A stretch of DNA of 64,000 nt, from NCBI GenBank assembly GCA_964252035.1, contig OZ176200.1, one strand, 5' to 3'. The notes under the pieces were generated by a model. The model did no database searches. It had not been told where the DNA came from and saw only the letters and a list, made by a program, of their open reading frames with translations. Position 1 is the stretch's first letter. The number at the start of each line of letters is the position of its first letter. Source of the DNA: Podarcis erhardii. Its lineage: Eukaryota. Positions 9,485 through 22,057 of the stretch are shown piece after piece. The position numbers were made by a program, and so were the translations under genes.

Positions 9485-12400
9485 GGTATATGCACAAGCA
9501 TCTTGGATTGAGTTAAAGGCCTGAGGGCTTTTACATTTTGCATTTTGATTCATTTTAATATCTCAGATTAGAGCAATGACATTTCATACTGAGTCATGAC
9601 ATCCTCTTTAATCATTCTGTTTTTGGTGGGTGCTTCTGCCTCTCCAGAAACAGCTCCATATGGCTGTGTGATGATGATTCATCCCAAGCTTTTGTCTAGC
9701 AGGATTCTGTGCATCCTGCATCTGTGAATCTAGCTGTGGTGTGTTTATCACGAATTCTTTGCTCCAATTCTCCATATATCATTTGGCTTTAAAGGAAAAG
9801 AAGAAAAAGGGGGAAGCACCCACTATCTCCTTCGGATATTACTTTTTAGGCAGAGCAGTCCTATATCCCATTTATGTTTGTCCCAAACTTCCTAGTGTTT
9901 TTCATTCTCTCTCTCTCTTTGCCTGTCATTTCCTTGATTCTCAATGTCATGGTATGCAACTGAAAAGTAGCTCTCTGTTCTCACAAGTTTCTACTGCAGT
10001 AAACAAACAGTTCTTTAATATGTCTGTGCACCGATTCTTCTCTGGTAGAGATCCTGAAGGATCTCTGTGTATACTTTCTGGAACTGTTATAATTCTCACT
10101 TCTTTTGTCATCTCTAAAGTTGAGAAGACAAAACACATTCCCATTAAATAGTATGCGAATTTAGTAGCAGAGAATTGAGGCCAGAGTCAGATTTACCTAT
10201 GAAACCATTATTTCTTGTCACAGGTTATATAACCACCTACATTTTCCCACCTCTCAGTCTCTAATGCCTTGGCTCAGACATTATGCCTAGCCATAGTTCA
10301 CAACCCAAGCCATGGTTAGAAATTCCAAATGTACAAGAGGCAAACCATGGCTTATAGGTCATTTTCTTGTCATTTTCTTGTCATTTTCTGTTTTCTGTAC
10401 ACTGCTTTAATAAGTTCACTCTTGTCTCCATGGTGTAGCTTCTCTTAAGAAGGAGCTATGGCCATAACTATGGTATGTCAATTTAAACGCTTGACACAAA
10501 CCATTATTTGCAAGCAAACTTCATAACCTTGTTTTAGATTCTAGTTAGTTTTTGCTGGCTGTTTATAAACAATGGTCCATTAGTTCAGGCACTGCACCAA
10601 ACTTCCTTAATCCTGGTTTGGCACGATGTCTGAATTTATCCATGCAAATGAGTTGTCGTTCAGAGAAGAACCATATAAATTAACAACATGTTTGAATTGG
10701 TTCAGATGCAATATTTCCAGCTTAATAAATAATAATTTATTAAACCAGGAATTAGCATGGGTCATTTACACTGTACACTGCCTTCAGTGCTTTGGCTCTG
10801 GCTTCTTTAAACCACAGCTCCTATTGAAAGCACAGTTTCCATTATGTCCAAAACAGGATTTCTTTTTCATTTTTAAATGTCAGTTGGCTAAATAGGACAG
10901 GAAGCCATTGTCTGAACCTGGTTCCAGGTCACAGAAGGATGTGAAGAAGGCCCATTCTTCATTCCCGGCTTAATAAACCATGGTTTATTAAGTCAGTAAT
11001 GTTATGTCCTAACCAGCAGTCCATGTGTTTCAGGGCCCACTAGAGAGATGCTCTTGTTGCCAGTATATCAGATAATGATTCAGAAATGCTTGCCTTGGGG
11101 CAAATTCTATGTCTCACTGATTGTTGTTTACATTTCTGCATGTATCCAAAATTGTGCCACCGATTGAGTCACAACACTGTCGTTGTCAGTTTGCACTTTA
11201 TTTCAAAATGATGTTTTACCACTACTTCTTCTGTTTTTAGTGGCCTCCCTCTTGCTGCCAATGCAATCCACTGGGAAGATGACCAGCCTCCCAGTTCAGG
11301 AGTCCTTTTAACAGGGTTCCTTGTTAAGCCTGTCTGATTCACCAACTGTGGCAATTAGTTTTTATGGGAGCACTCCAAATCAGTTTGAAAAGTGGTGCTT
11401 GTATAAATCTGTGTCTCCATTGACTGAAACCCTTTATTCATGTAGATTGTGCTTGCAAACAGTTTTATGGCCTGTTGGTTTGCAATTGGCTCTGCTTTAC
11501 TCCACCTGCACACCAACACAGTTTCTATCAAGTTCTCGGGAGCTGGGGGCACTGAGCATCAGTACTGTTTTGCAAACATAATTGAGACTTTGATATTTTA
11601 GTGGTGAGCAGAGAATGCTTTTTAAATGTCTTGCAGTCAAAGAAATGAAGGGATCCCTCCCAGCTTTCTCCCAGGAGAGGGAACGGTATTCACAAATTGA
11701 TCAACAGATGGCCTGGATTTTGCTTTGGAAGGAAAGGACAGCCACTGTTGTCAATGTGCTTGCATGTGACTCATGTGCATATATATATATTTGTGTATGC
11801 CTGGTATTCCAGAGCCTGATAGAGGGTGTTCTGCAACGTGAAGTACGTGATGAGGTTTCTCTGCAGTTGGATAATGGCTGAGGAGATCTGTGTGATTATT
11901 GTGCTTCTGTGTACATGCAGCCTTGAGCTGCTCTTTGCAGGCTGATCATGATAATCCATGGTCTGGAGCAGATGGGGTGGCACAGCATGCAGGAAGGCAC
12001 GCACGCACGCACTTGCAAGCATAGCTGTTTACCTGAAATAGGCATACAGCTGAACCATTGGGCACAGTGCTATTTTTCTAGAAAAAGAAGTGCTGAAACT
12101 CACCACAAATGCCTCCCTTGTTCTCTTAGAAAAGCAATGGCGCCCACCTGAGAGGTGCTTGAACTGGGTTCTGGTGGGTTAAGGCTGAAAAAAAGCCTTG
12201 GTTGCGTGAAGTCCCGTATATTACAAAAGGGGAGGGAGGGGTAAAGTCTCTGATTGAGATGACATTTGGGTTCAGAAGAAGTGGGGAGGGAAGCGTTGGT
12301 GGGGGGGTTCCATGGGATGCCCAGTGTGGCAACTCAGTGGGAATGTAGAGGTGGTTTGTTCTGTCAGCTGAAAGGGGCTGTAAAATGAAGCTGTTTCTCC

Positions 12401-15400
12401 TGAGCTGTGTGTGCTTGACAAGAGAGATGGCCTTGGAGAAACTATAAATTATTCTTAGAGCTCTCTAGTGAGTGGGCCTAAGAATAAAGACCTGGGAGTG
12501 AGAAACCTTTAGTCATATCCTTTCTTTCCTGTCTCACTTTGATCTGTCATTGGACCTTTACTGCTTCATTTTGCAGCACAGAGTTAAACTGCCATGCTGC
12601 CCCCAAAGTGTATGAGCAGTTCCACTTTTCATTTCCATGTTTTTTTGGCATTTAATTTGCCCAATCCCCCTACTACAGGGATTGCCAATGTCACGTCCAG
12701 ATACTGTGGACTATAACTCCCAACATCCCTGGCCATTGGCCATTCTAGCTGGGGCTGATGGGAGTTGCAGTCGAAGCCTGCAACATGATAATCATCATGT
12801 TGGTTGCCCTGTCTTATTGGTTCAATTCTACACTTACTGGAGGGCTTCTGACATGCACACTGTGCTTACTTGGAGACCAAAGTGTCTTGGGGGCGGCGGG
12901 CGGAGAACCACTGTCTTCTGATGAAGTCAGTAGATCTGGCTGGGCACATTGGTTTCCTATCAACACCCAATGGTTTACTTGCAGTATCTGTTCTGGCCAC
13001 TTTCTGATGGACTGCTTAATGAGCATTTAGCCTGATATGTTTGTGAGGAGATTAGATGATGTTGCAGAGCATTTCTCCACAACTTTTCTTACCGCAAAAT
13101 GTCCAATCTTTTGGGGAATTGGGCTTGTTTTGCAAGAGTGTTAATTGCACAGCCCAAATTTGCCAGGGTGTGACTAAGCGCCACCTGAAAATAGTGAGAA
13201 CCTGGAGGTACCCTTTGACCATTACACTCCAGTTTACAACTGTGTAAACTAGGGTTTGTTTCCCTACCATTTTCTAACTGGTCTGGAAGCCTGTGCTATC
13301 AGATGAAATCTTACTTGTGTAATCAATAGTTGCCTTTGGGTAGAAGCATTTTATTTCGGCACTAATTCATTCTTCAGTACCATGTCAGCTGCTTTCCTCA
13401 AAACTGTTTATATTTAGAACAACGTTCCCTCCATATTATGCTTCTTCTGATTCTAACAGCGCATAATGTGTCAGTATGTGGCTTGGTTTTCTGGAGATAC
13501 CACTTTAAATGATCTGCACTCAAGAGTCTCATGTGTCTTTCATTATTCCATATCCATGCCAATTATGTTGGCAATGCCTTTCCTGGATATACTGGGACCT
13601 TCTTAGAACTATCTGCATGCAAAGCAGCTGCTCTACCGCTAAGCTATAGCTTCTCTCCCCTCCCCCCAAGATCTGTGGCCACTGTGAGATCAATAGCAGA
13701 TAATGCACTTGCGTGACCTTGAGAATGGTTTGTATGAAATTTGTATATCCTGACTACGTGAAAGATAACATAATCAAGTCATAATCCCAATACTGTTGGG
13801 ATCAAGGGTTATAGTGATCTCTGGAGAACTTAGCTTCCATGCCAATATTTTGAAAAGGGGATTTATTTCCTAATTCATAGTTGTTAACAGGGAGTTCGAC
13901 TGAACCAGAATTTGGACACCTCTGAAATCAGGTTGTTCGTGGTATGAAGGTAGAATGGCTGAAGGCATGAAATCAAGAGGAATGCAAGATTTGGGGTAGA
14001 GCTGAGGAATAACCCCCCAACTTAAACCTCCCAACTTAATGTTTGGTCGGACTTTAAGTTTGGTAAGCAAACCAGTCCACTTCTGAAGCCTCTAACCACT
14101 TCCATGGATCCTGTTTGGACTGTAAGAGTGTTCACATGTTATATTCAACAAGCATACAATACGTGTACACAATAGTTGAGCTGTATACTTATATAGTTAT
14201 TGTATTGTTCAATGAATGTAGAATGTGTGTACTCAACAATTGAGCTGAACAAATCAACCAGTGTACACTCTTTCTGAGAAAAATGTCTACAGGTGTGAAT
14301 ATGACCTGTCCCTGGGTTCAGTGTAATGTGTGAATGTGTTCTATTTGAATGTGTTCAGTGTCATGTTGGGGGGGATGGGGCTCACAGGTGCCAGCTATGT
14401 TTGCCAGGTCACAATGTCTGCTGTATTTGCATTAGACTTGGAACTCTGATGGCTAAAAAGCAGTTTCTACCCATCCTGTTCGGATCATCTTTTAAAACCA
14501 GCAGAAAGACTATTAAGAAAGACAAGGTCTTCTTTGTAGCATTCATTTAAACCAAATTAGCCATGGTGTGAACACTCTGCTTTTCCTGGCTCACTATTTG
14601 AGACTATACGTGGCTGATTCCATTTTGAAATGGGGTCAGCCAAAGACTTTTGGGAAAGCAAGATTTTAAAATATTTGTATGCTGCCCTTCACCTCACTCT
14701 ATTTTAGGAGAGTTGGCTACAAAAATAGAAATATAATGACAAGACCAGAACAAAAATAGCAGATAAGACGCTAAAAGTGGCAACACGATTTTAAATTATT
14801 GGAATGTGTTCTTCATGAGATGTCTGAGGGATAGATGTATTGGCACCATCAGCCCTCATTAGGGAGGCTATTCTATAACAGGGGCATCCCTGCCAAAAAA
14901 CAACAACAACAGCCCTCTCTCTCCCACTTTGACCCCCATCTCACCTCTGTTGTGGGATCCTGCTAGCAATAAGATCTGGGCTAATTAGTGCAAAAGAACT
15001 TATATTAAATAATAATTAAATTGTATATTATTTTGCTTAAATATTTGTTTGCTGTTTTCATAAGTTCATTTTTAGTGCTTTTAAATGCCATGCACATTCT
15101 GTTTTTAAATACAGGTTGCTTCTTCATGTATGTTTAGCATACTTGGCATGCTGATTTTCACTCCTTGTCCATCCATTCCATTCTGGGTCCCATTAACAGA
15201 TAATACCAAGGGTGGGTTGGGTTTTTTTTAATAATAGGATTTTAACCCTACACCTCTAAATATCCATTGCCTGCAGTCTGTTGTTGCTTAATGCAGGTTT
15301 GAGCCTGTTGGTGGCAGGGATCATGGAAGCAGTAAGTTTTAAAGAAGCAGAGAATAAAAAATAATAATTTTGTGGACTTCCTCCCTGCTTTACTTCCACA

Positions 15401-18400
15401 AGTTGGTAGAAGTGGCAGCACAGCACAAGGAAGCCTCATCCAAGAAAAAGTAAAGAGAGTATGAAGGGGAAAGGGAGGTTTGAAGATAGTATATGTTGTG
15501 CAAGACAATGCAACCAATATGTCAAAAAGTGTTTGTCAGACACACATGGGGGACCCAAACCTGCTTTGACAGGACAGATGATATTTCCCAATTTAGGGAG
15601 CGGGCCTGGAGCAAGAGCATTAGACACCCCAGGCTTTGGGAGGAAAATTGGAAGTCTACTGCCTCATCTTGTGTAGTGCTGTTGTGCAGCAGAGCATAAT
15701 ATTGGGCTCATATGCCTTCAGCTGCCCCTGTATATGCTCTGGTGCTGCAAACTACTGCTTATGCTCATTTCTACTAAAAGTAAATATTAACTATAATATG
15801 AGTCCATGGTCACTTTTCTGAAGAGGAAGGCTCAAAAGCTTTGCTTCCATTATTACCTATCGGGGATGGAATCAATATTCTCAAACCCCACTCCCTATAT
15901 ACCGGTACATTAGACCTCTTTTCCCAGCTGCATGAGATAAAGAAAGCCTGTAGGTACCTTTCTGCTAGCACACAAGAGGTTAATGATACAGCTGGAACTG
16001 CAAGAGTAATCCCAGCAGCCCCTCATCCATCATGGTTACTCTTTCCCCACAGTGAGAGTTAAATTCCAACATATTCAGCAGTTGCAGAATACACTGCCAT
16101 CAGTGTCACATGCTGTAAGATTCTGTAAGAATATTTCTCCCATTGTAGCTCATTTCCTCATTTCCTTTTGTCCTTCTTTATGTCATTTCCTCTGTCTGAA
16201 CTGGCCCTGCGCCTTTACTTCACAGCACGTTTGAATTAATGTAATTAGTAGGTGCATTATTAGATCACTTAAGCACAAAGAACTTGTGTGCATGTCTAGT
16301 AACCGTCTTAAGTAACCCCATTAACAAATGACGGGGCAACTGGCCCACGTACTGAAGTAGATCAATCCCTATTACTTGAGTTGCTGACTCAAGGTTGCAC
16401 AGGCAGAAAGAAACATTGGAAGCTGTTTCAAGAATGTTCTGAGTACCAGTGGAGAGGAGAAAAAGTGGGTGCGTCGGTTTATTTTGTTTAAAGGATAACT
16501 TTGAGGGGGATGCTGGAGAGAGGCACAAACCTTTTTGCATCACTTTAAAAATACATTTTGTTTTTGCTTTGTTTTTTAAGTAGAAGAAATTGTAGTGCCC
16601 AAACAACCTTTTGGTATGATATCCCAGAGGGAGAACCCAGAGGAATAGTCAAATGTTAAGGCTTTTTTATAAAAAAAAAAAAAAAAAAAGAAAAAAAATG
16701 GCTGGAATTTTTTTAAAAAAAAACAAAAACAAAATGGCTGGAACAGATGAAATCTATTGGGGAGCAAGATGTGGCCTTCAGGTTAGGAACCTTTGCTCTA
16801 GATTGTGAGAAAGTAAATCTTAAGCCCCCCCGAGTTGGGTTGAAGGAGCCCTTGTCAGGCTTGGAAACTGCTCCCAGCCACCCACAGCCCACAGCCTGAT
16901 GGACGCCTATCAGGATTCTCTTCTGGGGAACCCTTTTCAAAAATGGGCTGTGCCAGTTGGGAAAAACTTCCTCTCACGATTCGTCACAGTTACTGTTGGG
17001 ATGATTAATGTGGCTCTTTACCACAAGGCCTTACTGACAGTTATTTTCTCTACTATAATACCATCAGTATGTTCCCACTATAAAAGCTGCTCTCATGCAA
17101 CTAACATTGAGGCTTACTGCAGTAAAATGAAGTAAAGCACAAATGTATAGCTGCATCCCTTGTTCATTTCCCTTTCCCCACCCCTCTGTTGTCTTTCACA
17201 TGATCTAAACTGCAACTGCAAGTTCTTTGGGCCAGGAACCTGCCTCACTGCTTGTGTCACTACGTAAAGTGCCTTATCTGTCAGTGGTTACAATAGGTTG
17301 CTATGCTGCAGCTGGGATTATTTTTTTAATATGCCAGTGGGGTATCTTTCCACAATGTTTCAGGTAGAGTTGCAAATACACATCTGTGCCCACAAAGAGT
17401 AAAAGTACTTGGTCAAGTACCGGTATGTAAATAATCCCAGTTTCTCTGGGTTGTTGCTTTCAAGGAAAAAGGGTAGGGGAGCTCTCCAAAGTGGTTTATG
17501 GTTTCAAGATATTACCTTGGAAAATATTATCTTATTACCCAAGGGAAAGGATGAACACAGATCTCATGACATCCTGCAAGTTTTTGGCAAAGGGTCAAGT
17601 TCACAAACAATCAAAAGCATCATTCTTCTTCTGTAGAAAGATTTCTGGCCTAGAGATTGTAAAACACCACTTTCCCTTCCTTGAGGGTTTTTTGGGGGGT
17701 CAGGGGTGGGGAGGTAATTTGAGTTACATTTCTGAGACTACATGCCTAATGATGTGTGTGTGTTTTCTGTGGGATTCTAAATAAGTAAAGCTAGTCTGCA
17801 CTGCATGCTCTGATGTAAGCCTTCAGTGAGAGTAGATCAGGGACCTAACTGGTGGAAATGCAATAACAAAGCTGAGCTTCTGCCCTTAACATTTGTTTAG
17901 TTTTGCTCATGTGACAGGAAAAAGAAGACTTCAACAAGCAGAGACTGTGATAGGTGGCCTAACCTTGTTTGTTCTTTTTTGTGATGTGCTTGTTGATATG
18001 CCTGTGGGTTAAGTATGCTTGTACGTGTCTTGCATCAGTTCTCACTCTTAAGAGCATAAAATGCTAAAAGACTGAAGTGTGTACCGATTCTTTTTAAAAA
18101 GCCCGTTGATACACTCCACAGTTGCCAAGCTGCTCTTAGGGGGAAAAAATAGGTGCTGAACGGGGGAGATGGTGGTGTAGGAACGTGCAAGCATTTGTGT
18201 TTCATAGCGCACTTCACCACTGGGCAGAATGGAAAGGTTGCTTATTTTCAGACCTGTATATCCCATAAGTGGTGGCTGCTAAACCTGAGTTCTCTTGACG
18301 CTCACATTCCATCTATGAAGAGGACTAACAGTGATGCTCTGTCTTCTTCCTTTTGCTTGCATAAACACAGGAGCAACTTGCTCTGTTCACAGAGGGAAGG

Positions 18401-19351
18401 AAATCTTCTTGCGCTTTCACTATTAGCAATTAAACTCTAGTCCTATAAAAACATATCGCCTAGCGTTCACCTACCACCTATGGAACATTGATCCTGGAAG
18501 CAATCTTGCTTGTATCATAGTAGTTATTACCTCTGCTGCTAATTATTGTGGTTTCTTAGTTTCTTGATAGTCCAAAACATCTCTGGCAGGAGCTGCTGGC
18601 ATTTGGTATGCCCGTGGTATTCTCAGAACAGAGAGATAGAGATAAGGCCCCAGGTGCATCATGTGCAGTGTTTGCAAATTTGCTGCCTAATTTGGAGTTA
18701 GGCTGTGTAACAAGGTTGCACTCTTTCTTCCTATAGCCTTTATTTGCTGCATTAGAGGTGTGTTTCTAGTGACTAGCTGCCGAGCGTGGATCAAGACGGG
18801 GAAAACAAAAAGGCTTAACTCTTCCCCCAAAGAAAGAAATCTTCAGCTCTGTGTATCTGTCAAAAAAATGGCAGCTACTGATTAATTGGTATTTGCCCCT
18901 ATCAGATAAATTGCAAATTACTTGTTCCCATAATTCTACCTTCTATAAGGAAAGAAAAGGTAGCTGTGCAGATATGAATAGGGCATTTCTAGGTTTCTAC
19001 CCGCCATGCCAAAAAGCAATGAAAGATCCTTTCTTGGCTCTGGCAAGTGGCTCTTGGCGCACTGTGCCATTCTTATTGCCAGGAGGGTGTGTTAGGAAGC
19101 AGCAGCAGCAGTAGTTCAAGAGCATGAGAGAAAGAGGCTCCCATTTGGACTGTGTCACTTAAGGTTTGCTTGATTTCAAGAATTTATGTCCTGCCTTGAA
19201 TGGCAGCACCCAAAAATGTGCATTGGAAAAACGGTGAGCATTGGGTGCCTGCTGCAAAACATGCTGGCTACAGCTTGCTTTGTGTAACATTGGAGGCCAT
19301 CAAGTTATTCTCTCACTCTAAATGAAGAGCTCATGGGTTGGTGGAGAATAT

Positions 19352-19352
<1 letters not shown>

Positions 19353-19398
<46 letters not shown>
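19353..19398. repeat. (GA)n microsatellite
   Basis: About 23 perfect AG units. Confidence 0.95.
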
Positions 19399-19403
<5 letters not shown>

Positions 19404-19612
19404 TTCCAAAGGTAGTGTTAGGAGTGGGGAACCCATGACCCTCCAGGTGTTATTGAGACTCTCAACTGCCCATCAGCCACAGACCCCACAGCCAACAGTC
19501 ATGAGAGTTGTGGTCAAGCAACATGTCCCCCAAAGGACATAAGTGCATAGTACCTGGCATTTGGCCCATCGTAATGCCTTTCCTTGCATCTTCTTGAAAT
19601 TAACTGACTCAC

Positions 19613-19617
<5 letters not shown>

Positions 19618-19652
<35 letters not shown>

Positions 19653-19674
19653 GATGATGATGATGATGATGATG
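19618..19674. repeat. Compound (GA)n(GAT)n microsatellite
   Basis: Seen directly. Confidence 0.95.
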
Positions 19675-19948
19675 CTTTTGGTGGTTTCTTGCCTGCCTGC
19701 TGCCTGATTAAAAGGGATATGAGTCATTGAAAACTGTATAGGTAAGTGCTGGCTTTAGTAATAGCTGATACTGGCCTTTTCTCCCCTCTGGGCTTTTAGT
19801 GGAATTGCTGCATACCTGTCCAAATAACAATACAAGAGGCAACCAAACACCTCAAGAGACAGGGGAGGGAGGGCGGTGAGGAAGAAAATGAAACAAAAGT
19901 CCTGAAAATGAGAGAAGCTCTGTGCTACCGGACCAGCTTTACTGTCCA

Positions 19949-20213
19949 CAAGGCATGTCCAAAGTCCATTTCGGGGGTCTAATCTGGTCCTCTGGTCAGT
20001 TTAATCCGGCCCCTGTGGCAGTTTATTTCCTGGGGTAAAATCCCAAAAAACCCCTCAAGAAACTTCAATCCTTAAAAAAAAAGCACAACAACTTGGGGGT
20101 AGAATCATAAAAAAGCTCCACAACCACAATAAAGGTCATCAACTTTGGTCGGCCCTCACGGCCCTTCACTTCATCAAATCTGGCCCTCTTTGAAAAAAAA
20201 TTGGACACCCCTG
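19949..20213. mobile_element. hAT-like MITE
   Basis: Termini CAAGGCATGTCCAA...TTGGACACCCCTG with subterminal ggccc motifs. TSD not preserved. Confidence 0.65.
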
Positions 20214-21998
20214 TCAGTATAGTTGGGCCCAATAACAGACACATGAACCAGTTAGCCTTCCAGATGCTAAACCTATGATTTCCATACTGGCAAAAACCCA
20301 AAGCTTAGCAGGAGCAGATACGGGGCTTTTTGAGGATATCCTTCAATCCCTTTTGTTTTCAGCAAGCATCTCCTACTGTCTTGGTGACAGCTTTCTCCTG
20401 GCAGCTGGGATTTCACCTTAGAGGTGGTGCAACTTCTCTCCTTCTCTCTCCCTTGCATCCCCAAACACACATTTATGCGATGCAAACTAAGACTAGAGGC
20501 AACATTCTGCTTTGTTTAAACTTGTGCTTCTTTTCCGAAGCACCTCCCACCCCAGGGGAGACTCAGATGAGCACATGCAGTCCCCAAGAAGCAGTTATCT
20601 CCTAAGGCTGCTGGAAACGGTTTGCTGGTGAGGCAATCCAGGGCTCCCTGCCAGAAAGAAGGATTTTTCTCCTAGGCAGTGCTCCTGAAGCACTCTCTCT
20701 TTCTTTCAGATGAAGCAGCCAGTTTTGGGCAGGAACTGTATTTTGTTACTAATGGGGAATGAATGGGACCTTTCATGCCTATGAGATGCTGCCATGGCTG
20801 CACCATATTCCCACAAAGTGATGAACTGGAACATGTTGATCCTCTTCCTTCCCCCCTTCCCAAACTCTTCAAGGCTTCTTGAGGTTTCTTTTAATGATCT
20901 TTCAATGCTGTTTGAGTGTATTAAACACTGGCTATGCTGTCTCTGCTCACAAGGCCCCCAGTGCTCAGAAAAGGCTGCACTTTGTCTATTAACAAAAACC
21001 CAATATGCACGTTTCTGTCCAAGTGCTTTGCCTTGGTCCTTGATGATGAACACAATGCCTTTAAAAGCAGCGCTGGCCTAAGACATTTTGCTGCCTGAAG
21101 TGGAGTCCAAATGTGACCCCTCCTGTTAGGAGCAATACAGTACTTAAGAAAGAGAGAGAGAGAGTTATTGTTGCACCATTCAGGTGCCCCCTCCCTCTAT
21201 CCTCCCTCTCTCATGGTACTACTTAAAGTAGGCCGCTTTCCTTTGTTGAATGGTGGTGGTGGGGTTTGCAGGAAATGAGAGGATGTGGCTCCTACATCTT
21301 TTAATAACTGTGTACTAGAGGTGCAGCTTGTAATCCAAGCAACACAGCACTTCCCCATAGCTGCCGCTTCTACAGCTGGCCATGCAGGCTGAAGGGCAAG
21401 ACCGGCCCTGTTTAAAAGGAAAAGGCTGGTAGAATATCTGTGCTGCCTGCAGAAGCTCTCAGGTTCAATGCCCAGCAACTCCATTTAGGGACTGAACCAA
21501 GTAGAAAGCTATAGTCAAACGGCCAATGCAACTGATGGAGTTCTTGAGTCATCCCATTGATCCTTCCATACAGTGTCCTTTATTGCGTATTGAAAGTGAA
21601 AAACATAGTGTGATTAGCTCTCCCTCCCTCCCCTCCTCTTTCAAACAGCAAAAAATTATTTATATTTGTAACCAGCTTTATGCTTTCCCTCTTGCTGAGA
21701 CAATTGACTATTTTCCAATGCTGCTCAGTTGGAAGAGTGCTGTGCGAGTCAGAAATGTGCAGACTGACATAGCTTTTAAACTCAGCCTCTTTCATCCCGC
21801 TAGAGTTACAGTTACTTGGAACATTTTTTTAACAATGTAGCTTTTGCTGGGTTCTGCTGTTTGAGACTGCGTGTTTGAATGTTCCTTTCTAGTACAAAAA
21901 AAATATTCCTGCCCATACTAAACTAGTTTGTTAGAAAGATAGCTGGTCTGGCAAACTTTGTCCTGTCATGCTAGTTTTGTGCAGGCAGGAATATAGGA

Positions 21999-22000
<2 letters not shown>

Positions 22001-22047
<47 letters not shown>
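22001..22047. repeat. (CA)n microsatellite
   Basis: About 23 AC units. Confidence 0.95.
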
Positions 22048-22057
<10 letters not shown>

